A stretch of 64,000 bases of DNA from Rhodosorus marinus CCMP1338 (GCA_029953675.1 JAMWBK010000013.1:992001-1056000); one strand, 5' to 3'. Positions 37,649 through 51,635 are shown, counted from the stretch's first letter. Program-made: numbers and translations. The notes: generated by a model from the sequence alone, not told the origin.

Positions 37649-38946
37649 ATGGTTGGGGTTTCCCCACCCATTCCGGCGGACGGAGCCGTTCTCTCAGCGC
37701 GCGTGGAGCTCAGCGTGGGCGGGTTTAGTACCGCGGCCACCCTCACGGACTGCGCTGACGAGTTAGCCCATGGGATCTGCTCGAAACTGACGAGTCTTCT
37801 TGTGACTGCTTCCCAGGAACACCGCCTGCCCCTGCTGATCGCCTATTTGGAGCGCTTCTCCGCCTCCGCGCCTGCCCCATACCCCCGGTGCCCGTCCCCG
37901 CGGATCCGCACGGTACAGCGGGGCCTGCCTCCACCCGACCCGAGCGCTCCGCTCCGGTCATTCCTGATTCCGACTGGCCTACCCCTATTCAAGGACAGAC
38001 GCCTCCTGGGCCCGCGTCGGGCCCGAATCCTGCTCCCTCCAGTGCCCCACGTGCGACCTATTCGCAGGTCCTACGCAGGGGCTCTTCTGAACAACGCACG
38101 ACGGCAATGGTGCGTATGATGCCACAACACATCCTTATTGACTCTTCTCGCCAACTATCTCCGTTCCACTTTGTTTGGATGACGAACGTGCGTCCCCAGA
38201 CCCCCTCTCGTGGTCGGGGCCGCGCGCCCGTCCACTACCGCGATTTTCGCGACACCATGGCTTCCTCCCTTGGGGTCGCCCCGTCTGAATTCCTATATGT
38301 GGACTTCACGGGCCCTCATGCCTGTTTTCTTGTTACTGACTCGGCTTACCAGTTCCTTCAATCGCTTGTAACCACCCCCGCGCCCCAGCGCTCTGCTCTG
38401 GCCAACATGATACTGACTCGTCCTCATGTCTCTTTGTTTGTCGAGTTCGATCGTTTTGACGCCGGCTGGGTTCCACCGTCGGCCTTGCAAAACCTGGATG
38501 CCTCGCAGGCTTCGGTTGTCGCGCTACACACTCATGCGGCGCGGCTCTCGCGCATACAGGCGAGCCTCTTCGCGCGTTTTCCTCCTCGCGGGGTCCTCCG
38601 CACCGCGCTAGAGGCCTTCCTCTCCACTGAGGCCACCCTGCTGGAAGCCCACCCTGCGTCTGACCTTCTGCCGCCGACTCCTGAGCACCCTTCCTCCCCT
38701 CGCCCTGTCTCCGAGGCTCGTGACACCGACATGGCAGAAGCACCATCGGCCTCTCCCAATCCGCTGGCTCTGGACACCCTCAGTCAAGACTCCGCTGCTG
38801 AAAACCCTGTGTCTACTTTCTTCAGGTCTTTTAGTTCCTTCGTGCGCCCTCCACGTAAGCGTCGTGCGGCTCCTGAGCCTCCCTCCGAGGCACCTCCTCC
38901 GGATATTCGATCTGCCTTCCCGACTGAGGGGAGGCCCGATGTCTGA
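37649..38946 (+). CDS. ORF1 of the CRE-like element (Pro-rich), with one -1 frameshift in a C5 run at 37882-37886
   Basis: ATG at 37649 in the 37535 frame joins the 37888-38946 frame if one C is added. The stop overlaps the ORF2 start (ATGTCTGA). Confidence 0.7.
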
Positions 38947-41900
38947 GTCTTCCTCCTCCGCGTGCGTGTCGTCCCGGTTACCCCTGTTTACCAGTGACCG
39001 CTCAGCCTGGCATGAGCGTGTTCTCTCGTGGTTTTCGCACCTTATCGCCTCCTACCCGGACGGTTCCCTTCCCCTTTGTCGTCAGAGCACGGCCGTACGG
39101 CTCCCTCGTCGACTTCATAAGCCCCTAGGATTGGTGTTGGATTTTCTCTGGCAGCAGGTCGCCGCGAACCCTCACTGCTCTCTTCGCTGGGAACTCTTGT
39201 TCTTTTTTCCCCGCCTCGTGCTCACATCCTCTACCGTCCCCCTCAACCCACATCCTCGCCGGGTCCACCCTCGCCGAAAACTGCAAATGTTCCTTTCCGG
39301 CGACTTTGAGGACCTCGAACGTCTTTATTTCGCTTCTCTCTCTTCCTTTTCTCCTAGTGCTTCCTCAGCTTTTAGGTCTTCTCGACAGAATCGGGCGCGT
39401 CACGCGGTGGCAGGCGGTGATCTGCGGCGGGCAGCCGGGATCCTCCAGCAGCGGCAACCTGTGGTTCCATACTCCGATGATCTTTCTTCACCGCTCCGTT
39501 TGCTCTTTCCCTCGGAAGGCTCCCCTTGGGACTCCTCGTTTGAATCAGTGTTGGAAGAGTACCGCGCCGCGCCACATCCCAGTGCGCGGTTAGTGGTCAA
39601 TCTGGAGGCGGTGCGTGAGTTGGTTCATGATGCTCCGAAGGGCCGTTCCCCAGGGCCCTCGGGGCTGCGGGTGGAATATCTCCGTTTCTTAAGTGATGAA
39701 GGTTTGAAGGCGTTGGCGTGGGTGGTCGAAGCGCTTGTGAATGGTGATCCCCTGTGTGAGTGTGCGTGGTTCTTGGTCGGGCGTTCGCAGTTGTGTCTGC
39801 TTTCGAAGCCCAGCCACACGGCCTCGAGCCCTGCTATTCGCCCTATTGGCCTGGTTGAGGTGGTCCGCAAATTGGCGGCGCGATGGTTAGTGAAAATCCT
39901 GGTTCGCGAATCCCGCCGTTTCTTTGGGCACGTGCAGTTAGGCGTGGGCTATCGTGGTGGCTGTGAGTTGTTGTCTGTTTTACTCCGTTCGGAAATGGCG
40001 TACTCCCCAGATTCTGGGCTCCTCTCTGTAGATTTTACCAATGCGTTCAACCGCGTCTCTCGTCCGGCTCTCATGCACGTGGTGCGCGAAGTCTTCCCTG
40101 TAGGCTTTCCCTTTGTTAGTAGACTTTATTCTCCGCTTGGTCGTGGGGCTACCTATGACACCCTTGGCGCTTCCTCACACACGTTTGCGGCGCGCACAGG
40201 GGTACAACAGGGTGATCCCTTGTCCCCTTTCCTACATGCCTGTGGACTACAACTCGTCTTGCTTTGTCTTCGCTCCGAATTCCCGCAGGTTCGTACGGTT
40301 GCATACCACGACGACGTGTGCCTCCTGGGGCCCCCTGATACTCTAGCACTCGCTTATGATCGTCTCCGCTCCTTGGCTTCGCGGGTTGACCTGGAGGTTA
40401 ATCATCACAAATCGTTCTACTGGGGAGGTGTAGCTGCACAAGAGCAGCAGGTACCTGCGTCGTTCCAGGATATTTGGAGACCGGATGGTTTTGTCCACTT
40501 AGGCATCCCCTACGGGTCGCCGTCCTTCGTTGAAGGCGAGTTGCTGCAGCTCCTCGGTAAGCACAGACAGCTGGTTGCAGAGCTTCGACGGCTACCTCCG
40601 GGCTTTCTCCAGTGCTCGTTGTTGCTGTTTCGGTATTGTTGCAGTCAGCGGTTAACCTATTGGCTTCGCTCACTTCCAACTCATTGGGGCCGGTGGTTGG
40701 CCACTCGTGCGGATGCTGAAAGTTTCCGTGACCTGGGGTATTTTCTCGATGAAGAGCTGAGCGCTCTGCCGCGACCCACCTGTGATGTTGTGCGCGCCCA
40801 GGTAGGCCTCCCATTGCGATTGGGGGACTGGGCCTCTGCAATCGTGTTGTGGTCCAACCTGCAGCCGCAGTAGGGGCCTGGGGAACCGCACTTCCCACTT
40901 TGAGCAGCTTGGGTATCTCGAAGTTCCGCAATTTGATGGCGAGCCTCTCGCGGGGTGTCTTGCTTCCCAGCGTACCGGAAAGCGCCCAAGACTTGTTTCT
41001 GGAGCTCCAAACCGCCCTGAATTCCTGTACTAGTCTCCCCGAAACCGTTCAACCCCGTCTTCCTGACTGGCGAGCTGTATTTGACCGCTCTCGAGGCTCC
41101 GCCCCGGGGATTCGTCCTGCGCCTGAACCTGTTCTAGGGGAGATTGACCCAGTGGTTGCCGCAGAAGAAGAAGTTCCAGTTGATCCTCCTGATGATTCCC
41201 AGCGCGCTGGGAGCCGAGCTCAAGCACGCACGGATGCGCTGCAAAATATCCTTTCTTGGGACTTGCACCGTGCTGCATATGGCCGACTCCTCGCGCAGAT
41301 GGTCTCATCTTCTCGCGCTCGCGCCCGCCTACGTAGTCTTGGAGGGGTTATTAGCTCTCAGTGGCTCATGACCGTACCAGCCTTTCCGCCACTCACACTG
41401 TCGGATTTCGAAGTGCGTACTTCACTGCGCTTATACCTCGGCTTACATCAGCCCCCTTGGCCGTACGAGATGGGTTCGTCGTGCCCTCTCTGCTCTCAGA
41501 CTGAAGACAACGCAGATTTTGGCGCCCACCTGCTCGCTAGTTGCCCGGCGGTGAAAGGTGCTCGAACCCGCCGCCACACACGGATCTTGAACCTGTTATA
41601 CCGGGAACTTCGACCTATAGTCCGGCAAGCCGGTCTGGAAATCGAACGTGAGAAACCTTTACCCGTCGCGGACTTTCAAAATGATGAACGCCGTGTAGCC
41701 GACCTGGTGATCACCTGTGACGACAGCCGCCGTACCACATACGTTGATCTTGCTGTTCCTAACCCTCAAGCTAGTCGTTATCTCCCGGCTGCGGGGGAGC
41801 GCCGTGGATCTGCCGCCGCCAGCATGAGACGCCGCAAAGAGATCAAATACGCGGGGGCTTTGTCTTCCCCAGGTGTTCGTGCTTCGGCACTAGCACATCG

Positions 41901-42081
41901 CTTGGTACCCCTGATCATTGAGTGCTTTGGGTTCATGGACTCTGTTGGTTCTCGCTGGCTTCGGGAGTTGTTCCGCGAACGCCCTGACCGTCTTCAATCG
42001 TTGTTTACCCGCTTAAGTTTCCTGCTGTGGCGCATGAATGCCGCTTTGATGTTGGAGGCGCGAGTACTTCGCCGCGCTTAG
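38939..42081 (+). CDS. ORF2 of the CRE-like element: reverse transcriptase + CCHC + restriction-like endonuclease, with one frameshift in a G5 run at 40822-40826
   Basis: Adding one G restores LPLRLGGLGLCNRVVVQPAAAVGAW and fuses the 717-aa and 410-aa ORFs. Confidence 0.88.
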
Positions 42082-42135
42082 TCTTTTTTTCCCCTCGGGG
42101 TTTTTTTTTTCAGCCTCCGATTAAACCATTCGTTC

Positions 42136-43430
42136 TAAGGACTTTGGGGTTGGGTGGGTTGGCCGTTGGGGGCTATCCGAGGATCCAACCTGCGGCTGTG
42201 GTCAGTTCGTGGGCAAACGCTTTGACTACGTGGGCCCAGGCGGTTGAAGTCTGTCCGCTGGGTTAAAGCGAGTTCTTCGTGAAGGGCGCCTATCCGAGGC
42301 TCTCTCCTCGCAGCTGAGTACCTTTTTGAGGAGCTGACGACAGTCATGCGGCAGTGTACGTTGCTTGGCAGCGGGATCCAACCGCAGTAGAGCTCCTGGG
42401 AGTGGGGTTTCACGTCCTTTGGGAGCCCGGCTATCTCAGGCTTACCGGCTGCGGCGAATTTTGGACAAGGTTGAGATAGTTTCTGAGAAGAGCGTCCGTG
42501 TTGCTAAAATCGACACTACTGTCGACACTGCAGACTCCGCTGGCGGCCTGTGGACAAGGTCGAGATAGTTTCTGAGAAGAGCGTCCGTGTTGCTAAAATC
42601 GACACTACTGTCGACACTGCAGACTCCGCTGGCGGCCTGTGGACAAGGTCGAGATAGTTTCTGAGAAGAGCGTCCGTGTCGCTAAAATCGACACTACTGT
42701 CGACACTGCAGACGACGAGGCTGTACCTGAGAGGCCGCCAGCGGAGTCCTCTTCGTCGGGACTCGCATGCCAGCGTCCGAGGTCGATCTTCCTCTTCGCC
42801 CGCTACCTTGGCCCGGTTCCAGAGTTTGGGCAGCAGTCTGAGCTCCAAGTTCTTCACGGTGATTCCTGCCTACCCTTGACTAGCCTTAACAGATTTTTCG
42901 ATCTGCGTGTGATACTGCGTTCATATCTGGGTCTCCCCCAGCCGCTTGGCCTCTCGAGCGGAATGCCCCGTCTCTCCTCCTTGGTTGCATTGTGGAATCC
43001 CGCGCCTTTGGTGCCCGCCTGTTGGCGTCCTCTCCGGTGGTTCCAAGGCGCCGGTGTGCGTCGTCATACGCGTATAAACTGGTTTTTATTCGGATATCTA
43101 CGGTTGCAGGTTCTTGGTACGGATCACGAGGTGGAGGTCCATTCGCCTGCAGCTCATTCGCTTGATGCTGATGATGAGATACCTGTTGTCCAGCGTGTGA
43201 AGGATTTGGTGGTCACTGAGCTGGCTTCTAGCAGGATTGAGTTTATTGACTTGCCCATTCCTTGTCTCCAGGATGCGCGATATCTTCCCACGTCGTCACA
43301 ACGTCGTGGTGCAGCCGCTGGTTCAATTCGACGACTGAAGGAGTCCCAGTACGCTAAGCGACGACTCATCCAACCTTTCGGGACTCGGCGTTGTCTCATC
43401 GGCTTGCACCGTTGATCATCAAGTTTAGAC
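42136..43430 (+). mobile_element. Duplicate of the older CRE-like relic (with the 89-bp repeats)
   Basis: Near-identical to 23537-24830; the 258-aa ORF translation is the same. Confidence 0.8.
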
Positions 43431-44652
43431 AGTGTTGCTTCTCGCTGGCATAGTCGCGTTTTCCCTAGGTGACGTTCGTAGGAGCCTCCTCGTATCACAT
43501 CCTTGTGGCGGAGCATATGCGTGCAGCCGCATCCCACTCTCGAGTTGAAGAGGACAAACAACCCGAGGCAATTTGGGCAGCGACCGAGTCTACCAAGGCG
43601 TATGCGGAGTAGAAGCACTAGGTCACTTGAACTTCCGTTGGTGGAGATGAGTTGCCCGGGACGATTACCTTTCTGAATAAAGAAGCGTTGAAGGATGAGC
43701 ATGGGGAGTTAATTAGCTCAGAGGACGGTACCGAAGCGATGCTTGCCTCGGATGAGATTGTGGAGTTCTCCCTGCAGACTGCAGAAGAAAATGCAGGGAC
43801 ACAAGGATGGTCAGCAGAGCATTTCCGCAGCCACTCCAATCCCGACTTCTCCAGGAGGCCAAAGGCCTCTACGAGGAAAGCTGAAAATTTTTCATGGTGG
43901 ATGCTCTCCGTGACTTTTTAAGTTTAGGGCTCCTTTCCGAGGTCCGGACAGAGGATCCAGCTCGACTCAACCATCAGGGCCTTGCCATTTGGGAAAGTTT
44001 CGGTTGTGCAGGTGTGAAGCAACAAGCTCTATCCAAAATCAACAGTTCCCTCCTTCAAATCACATATTTATACGGATCGCCAGAAGGTGTCAGCACAACA
44101 CAACTGATCTGCGTATATCGTATGCTCCCTGAAGCTGCACGTAAACTGTATCTCTGTTGAAAAGGGTCTCGTACAGGTCCTAATCTGAGACACCTAGTGG
44201 TCAACTGAAGGAAGAGGCTGGAAACCAATCAAGACCTACATGTTGACTGGACTTGGAAGGCGGGGGTTTCTGCGACGGTCGGGTCTAATGTTACCAACAC
44301 AGGGCAACGTAGTCGCTACCAGTAGTCCGTAGTTGTCAGCTAACGAAAAGACTGAGGATCCAGTTGGTGGGATGAGGGTTTTCGTCCGCTTGCGTCTGCA
44401 TGAACCTTTTCCCGAAGTCAACAAATCTCGAAGACTGGAGCGCATAGATAGTGATCCTCGTGGGAATCAAGGACGAGCGAGAGGATGGGAAGGATCATGA
44501 ATACTCATCTACCTCGCCATTCCCAACAGACGCAATTTTCTAAATTCTGCTTCTGATGGAATCCGCAATCTGGTATCTGCTCCATCGCGGCCAGCCCCTG
44601 TCATTCTTTCGAGCGCGCGTTAGAACTTCAGACAAACAACAACCCCTTGATT

Positions 44653-47600
44653 TCACATCACGACGCAACAGCCTTCTTTGGGCCGGAGTCTATATGGGAG
44701 AGTGTCCGATCCACCGCCTGCTCCAATGGAGCTAGCTCCTATACGATTTTCGAGCATCAGTCTAGTGCTGCTGTCCGCTACTGTTGCCAACCACTTGGCT
44801 ATATCTTCTTTCGACATATACTTTTTCCCATGTTCTGCCAACTTGAACAGCGTCTCAACCTCTGTCTGGTACTGCGCGCACAATGCAAGGACGCTCCGAC
44901 CCCTCTTGTCGACGTGTGACAGCCACTTGGCCGTATCTTCTTTCGGTACATACTTTTCCCCATACTCCAGCAACGCTATCAACGGCTCTCCCTTCTCCTG
45001 GTATTCCGCACACATATGAAGGACGCTCTCACCGTTGTTGTTGACGTGCGACAACCACTTGAACATCTCTTCTTTGGGTAAATACTTTCCCCCCGACTCC
45101 AGCAACGCTATCAACGCGTCTCCTTTCTCCTGGTGTCGCGCACAGAGATGAAAGACGCTCCAACCGTCGTTGTTGACGTGTGACAACCAATTGGCCATCT
45201 CTTCTTTGGACATATACTTTCCCCCATACTCCAGCAACGCTATCAACGCGTCTCCCTTCTCCTGGTATTCCGCACACATATGAAGGACGCTCGAACTGTC
45301 GCTGCTGACGTGTGACAACCAATTGGCCATCTCTTCTTGGGGTAAATACTTTCCCCCATACTCCAGCAACGCTATCAACGCGTCTCCCTTCTCCTGGTAT
45401 CGCGCACATAGATGAAGAACGCTCCAACCGCCTTTGTCGACGTGTGACAACCAATTGGCCATCTCTTCTTTGGATATATACTTTCCCCCATACTGCAGCA
45501 ACGCTATCAACGCGTCTCCCTTCTCCTGGTATTCCGCACACATATGAAGGACGCTCGAACTGTCGCTGCTGACGTGTGACAACCAATTGGCCATCTCTTC
45601 TTGGGGTAAATACTTTCCCCCATACTCCAGCAACGCTATCAACGCGTCTCCCTTCTCCTGGTATCGCGCACATAGATGAAGAACGCTCCAACCGCCTTTG
45701 TGGACGTGTGACAACCAATTGGCCATCTCTTCTTTGGACATATACTTTCCCCCATACTCCAGCAACGCTATCAACGCGTCTCCCTTCTCCTGGTATCGCG
45801 CACATGGATGAAGAACGCTCCAACCGCCGTTATTGACGTGTGACAACCACTTGGCCATCTCTTCTTGGGGTAAATACTCTCCCCCATACTCCAGCAACGC
45901 TATCAACGCGTCTCCCTTCTCCTGGTTTAGCGCACATAGATGAAGAACGCTCCAACCGCCTTTGTCGACGTGTGACAACCAATTGGCCATCTCTTCTTTG
46001 GACATATATTTTCCCCCATACTCCAGCAACGCTATCAACGCGTCTCCCTTCTCCTGGTATCGCGCACATGGATGAAGAACGCTCCAACCGCCGTTATTGA
46101 CGTGTGACAACCACTTGGCCATCTCTTCTTGGGGTAAATACTCTCCCCCATACTCCAGCAACGCTATCAACGCGTCTCCCTTCTCCTGGTTTAGCGCACA
46201 TAGATGAAGAACGCTCCAACCGTCGTTGTTGACGTGTGACAACCAATTGGCCATCTCTTCTTTGGACATATACTTTCCCCCATACTCCAGCAACGCTATC
46301 AACGCGTCTCCCTTCTCCTGGTATTCCGCACACATATGAAGGACGCTCGAACTGTCGCTGTTGACGTGTGACAACCAATTGGCCATCTCTTCTTGGGGTA
46401 AATACTTTCCCCCATACTCCAGCAACGCTATCAACGCGTCTCCCTTCTCCTGGTATCGCGCACATAGATGAAGAACGCTCCAACCGCCTTTGTCGACGTG
46501 TGACAACCAATTGGCCATCTCTTCTTTGGATATATACTTTCCCCCATACTCCAGCAACGCTATCAACGCGTCTCCCTTCTCCTGGTATCGCGCACATAGA
46601 TGAAGAACGCTCCAACCGCCTTTGTCGACGTGTGACAACCAATTGGCCATCTCTTCTTTGGACATATACTTTCCCCCATACTCCAGCAACGCTATCAACG
46701 CGTCTCCCTTCTCCTGGTATCGCGCACATAGATGAAGAACGCTCCAACCGCCTTTGTCGACGTGTGACAACCAATTGGCCATCTCTTCTTTGGACATATA
46801 CTTCCCCCCATACTCCAGCAACGCTATCAACGCGTCTCCCTTTTCCTGGTATCGCGCACATGGATGAAGAACGCTCCAACCGCCGTTGTTGACGTGTGAC
46901 AACCACTTGGCCATCTCTTCTTGGGGTAAATACTCTCCCCCATACTCCAGCAACGCTATCAACGCGTCTCCCTTCTCCTGGTTTAGCGCACATAGATGAA
47001 GAACGCTCCAACCGTCGTTGTCGACGTGTGACGACAACCACTTGGCCATCTCTTCTTTGGACATATACTTTCCCCCATACTCCAGCAACGCTATCAACGC
47101 GTCTCCCTTCTCCTGGTTTTGCGCACATAGATGAAGAACGCTCCAACCGTCGTTGTCGACGTGTGACAACCACTTGGCCATCTCTTCTTTGGACATATAC
47201 TTTCCCCCATACTCCAGCAACGCTATCAACGCGTCTCCCTTCTCCTGGTATTCCGCACACATATGAAGGACGCTCGAACTGTCGCTGCTGACGTGTGACA
47301 ACCAATTGGCCATCTCTTCTTGGGGTAAATACTTTCCCCCATACTCCAGCAACGCTATCAACGCGTCTCCCTTCTCCTGGTATCGCGCACATAGATGAAG
47401 AACGCTCCAACCGCCTTTGTGGACGTGTGACAACCAATTGGCCATCTCTTCTTTGGACATATACTTTCCCCCATACTCCAGCAACGCTATCAACGCGTCT
47501 CCCTTCTCCTGGTATCGCGCACATGGATGAAGAACGCTCCAACCGCCGTTATTGACGTGTGACAACCACTTGGCCATCTCTTCTTGGGGTAAATACTCTC

Positions 47601-50600
47601 CCCCATACTCCAGCAACGCTATCAACGCGTCTCCCTTCTCCTGGTTTAGCGCACATAGATGAAGAACGCTCGAACCGTAGTAGTCGACGCGTGACAACCA
47701 CTGGGCCATCTCTTCTTGGGGTAAATACTTTCCCCCATACTCCAGCAACGCTATCAACGCGTCTCCCTTCTCCTGGTATTCCGCACATGGATGAAGGACG
47801 CTCGAACCGTAGTAGTCGACGCGTGACAACCAATTGGCCATCTCTTCTTTGGACATATACTTTCCCCCATACTCCAGCAACGCTATCAACGCGTCTCCCT
47901 TCTCCTGGTATCGCGCACATAGATGAAGAACGCTCCAACCGCCTTTGTCGACGTGTGACAACCAATTGGCCATCTCTTCTTTGGACATATACTTTCCCCC
48001 ATACTGCAGCAACGCTATCAACGCGTCTCCCTTTTCCTGGTATCGCGCACATGGATGAAGAACGCTCCAACCGCCGTTGTTGACGTGTGACAACCACTTG
48101 GCCATCTCTTCTTGGGGTAAATACTCTCCCCCATACTCCAGCAACGCTATCAACGCGTCTCCCTTCTCCTGGTTTTGCGCACATAGATGAAGAACGCTCT
48201 CACCGTCGTTGTCGACGTGTGACAACCACTTGCCCATCTCTTCTTTGGACATATACTTTCCCCCATACTCCAGCAACGCTATCAACGCGTCTCCCTTCTC
48301 CTGGTATTCCGCACACATATGAAGGACGCTCGAACTGTCGCTGTTGACGTGTGACAACCAATTGGCCATCTCTTCTTGGGGTAAATACTTTCCCCCATAC
48401 TCCAGCAACGCTATCAACGCGTCTCCCTTCTCCTGGTATAGCGCACATAGATGAAGAACGCTCCAACCGACTTTGTGGAGGACGTGTGACAACCAATTGG
48501 CCATCTCTTCTTTGGACATATACTTTCCCCCATACTCCAGCAACGCTATCAACGCGTCTCCCTTCTCCTGGTATCGCGCACATGGATGAAGAACGCTCCA
48601 ACCGCCGTTGTTGACGTGTGACAACCACTTGGCCATCTCTTCTTGGGGTAAATACTCTCCCCCATACTCCAGCAACGCTATCAACGCGTCTCCCTTCTCC
48701 TGGTATCGCGCACATAGATGAAGAACGCTCCAACCGCCTTTGTCGACGTGTGACAACCACTTGGCCATCTCTTCTTGGGGTAAATACTCTCCCCCATACT
48801 CCAGCAACGCTATCAACGCGTCTCCCTTCTCCTGGTTTTGCGCACATAGATGAAGAACGCTCCAACCGTCGTTGTCGACGTGTGACAACCACTTGGCCAT
48901 CTCTTCTTTGGACATATACTTTCCCCCATACTCCAGCAACGCTATCAACGCGTCTCCCTTCTCCTGGTATTCCGCGCACATATGAAGGACGCTCCAACCG
49001 TCGTTGTTGACGTGCGACAACCACTTGGCTATGTCCTCTCCGAGTAAATACTTTCCCCCCGACTCCAGCAAAATTGTCAACTCTTCCCTCACCCCAGTGC
49101 ACTTACGCAGGTACTCCCCTGCCAACTCCAGGTCCCAATTCGCCCCTTCTATAGACTGCCCTAAAGCAACAAAACGAGATTCGTCTAGATCCTCGCGACC
49201 CTTTCCGGATTTCGGCGACAATCTACCAGTCTTGCCTGCGTTCGCGGGCTGTTCTGGCCCGATCGTGCTGGCTACAGCTCCCTCCTGAGGAGTCTGACCG
49301 ATACCTCTTCCATTTCTAGATTTATTCTCGGATGATTTGTCATCCTCTTCATCGCTCATCACTGTCGACAATCTATCTTCAACTTCCCCCGGCGATTCGG
49401 GTGCTTCCCGCCCTGGATCAAGTCCCCACAGAGTCTCTTCCAGTCGAACCACAATTGTTCCAAACTCTGGCCGTTCCCCTGGTGCTTTGGAAAGACATTC
49501 ACAAGTCAATGTCTTCACCTCCTCGGGGCAATCGTCTTTCATTGCCGACGACGGAAAGTCATAAGTGCCGTTTTCCAACTGACGAAATATTGACCTCAAC
49601 TGCAGTCCCTTGTATGGAACCTCGCCAGAGAACAGCTCCCACATGAGAACCCCAAAGCTGAAAACGTCCGTCTTCCTGTTGAAAGTCGGTTGGTCCTCGG
49701 GGACGCATTCCGGAGCCATGTATTGATAGGTCCCGCCGTTGGCCCCAGCATGCGTAACCGCCGTGCCCTGAATGACTGCCGTCTCCTGCACGATTTTGGC
49801 TACCCCAAAATCAGCGATTTTCACCGCTCTTTCGTCTCCAGGTACCAGCACGTTCCCAGGTTTCAAGTCCCTGTGTATGACATGCATTTGATGCATGTAG
49901 CTCATTCCCACCGCAATCTGCCTCGCCACGTCAGCCTTGCGCGCCGTTCCCTCGATAAACCTGCCAGGGTTACACAACGTATACAAGCATGGAGAAAACA
50001 AAGTCGAGCATGAGTATCTGAAAGTCCAAGCATGGCCGTCCGTGCCAACCTTCAATCCGCTCGTATACCGCAGTGGTAGACCATGACCTCGTCCGTTTAA
50101 GAGACAAGACTGAACACGACTGCTTACCTTTGGTGCTTCTTGTCATGTATAGCCCTCGAGAGATCACAACCATCGACAAGCTCCATGACCAAAAAGGGAC
50201 AACGACTTTCCTCCTGGAGCGGAAAATAAGCTCCGATTGGAAACACGATGTTCGGATGTCTTAAGCGGTGCATGATCTCAACTTCTACACAAAACGTTCT
50301 GTACTCGGCTTCTGCTCCACTAAATAAGTCGATCTCCTTCACTGCAACAAGAGTGCTCTTCCTGTACGTGCCCTTCACTACCCGACCTTGTGCACCTAGT
50401 CGAATTAAGTCTCCTAGCGCCACATCCTCAAATCGCAAATACCAGAATGGCTTTTTCCCCGGCTTTTCCCGCCCCTGCGAGTGCCGTAGTTCGTGTAGAA
50501 TCGTTCCTAACATCTCTTTTACATCTCCTGTCTCATCCACGATACGTTCCACCGCCTCTCCGACAGATGTTTGAAGTTTTTGAATTTCGCTCCGTAGTTC

Positions 50601-50993
50601 GGCAAAGTCCTCACAAAGCGCGTCCTCCAGTCCGTAGGAAAGATCCAGGGCGATGTCAAGCTGGAGATCTCGTATGCACTGGTCAAGCTGATCCATGCAA
50701 CACTTGAACATCTTTACAAATTTGTCCGCAGACACAAGCCTGCTGAGGTACTGCTTTTTGCACCGCCACCCGTCTACCTGAGTGTTCAGAGATTCTAGAG
50801 CACGGTTCAACCGTTCCAAACTGAGCTTGTCAAGGTTTTGATGCTTGGCCAACGACTCCCGGATGGCTTCCACTCTGCCCCTGGCCCATTTTGCTGTGGC
50901 TTTGTTGCATTGCACCTGGTCGATCCTTTCCAGCGTAGTTTCAATGAGGCGCACGGCTATGCCCATGCCCTCACCCGCTGCCAAGTCGGCCAT
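44653..50993 (-). CDS. Paralogue: MLKL-like 4HB + TKL kinase + 32 x 44-aa ankyrin-like repeats + CaaX (CCVVM); exons 50993-50128 and 49960-44653; 2057 aa
   Basis: Same splice sites and motifs as 26055-30676; the frame stays open across the whole array. Confidence 0.88.
44794..49023 (-). repeat. Coding tandem array: 32 units of 132 bp, two with 3-bp insertions
   Basis: 4230 bp = 32x132+6; units counted in the translation. Confidence 0.97.
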
Positions 50994-51516
50994 ATTGCGT
51001 CTCCCAGCACAGAAGTTTTCTCACCTCAGCTCCACAGGCAAGAGGAACATGACCGCGAATGATGTGTCACGCAATAGAAAGGTTGAAACCACCAGTTCGC
51101 TTCACCCAACTCTTCAACGACCTCTTCAACAGCCCACTGCTCCAACCCCAACTTGCCACAACCTCACCTCCCTCCTCCGCCCCTCCCCCACCCAACAGCT
51201 GCAGAATCACCCCTCCCTCAATCCCCCCTCTTTAAAAACTAGACTACAATCAACCTCCCTCCATTACCAGAAGACCTTCCGCAAATCGAAACTAGCTCGT
51301 CCTCCCTACCCATCAATGACAAACACACAACATGCCCCGAGATTTCTTGCCCAGACCCCATCTCATCCCCCCCCCCTCCGGATGGTCAATAACGTGATGT
51401 TTAGAGCAGAAATATATCGGCAGGAAAAGGGCCCTCTATAATTACATTTATGGTCAGTACTTCCGAGCACCTTTTTGGGAGACGCACACTGGCTCCGGCT
51501 ATAGCTAAGACCCCAT

Positions 51517-51635
51517 AGTTTCCTGCTGTGGCGCATGAATGCCGCTTTGATGTTGGAGGCGCGAGTACTTCGCCGCGCTTAGTCTTTTTTTCCCCTCGGG
51601 GTTTTTTTTTCAGCCTCCGATTAAACCATTCGTTC
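51517..51635 (+). mobile_element. CRE-like 3'-end stub (duplicate of 31197-31315)
   Basis: Same sequence and same flanks as 31197-31315. Confidence 0.9.

Larger units (their letters stand above)
37440..42135 (+). mobile_element. Apparently full-length CRE-clade-like non-LTR retrotransposon (ORF1 + RT/CCHC/RLE ORF2)
   Basis: ORF2 has GRSPGPSGLR, IRPIG, QLGVG..GGCE, DFTNAFN, GVQQGDPLSP, YHDD, CPLC..H...C, RRH and ADLV..VDLAV..KEIKY. The 5' end is approximate. Confidence 0.9.
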
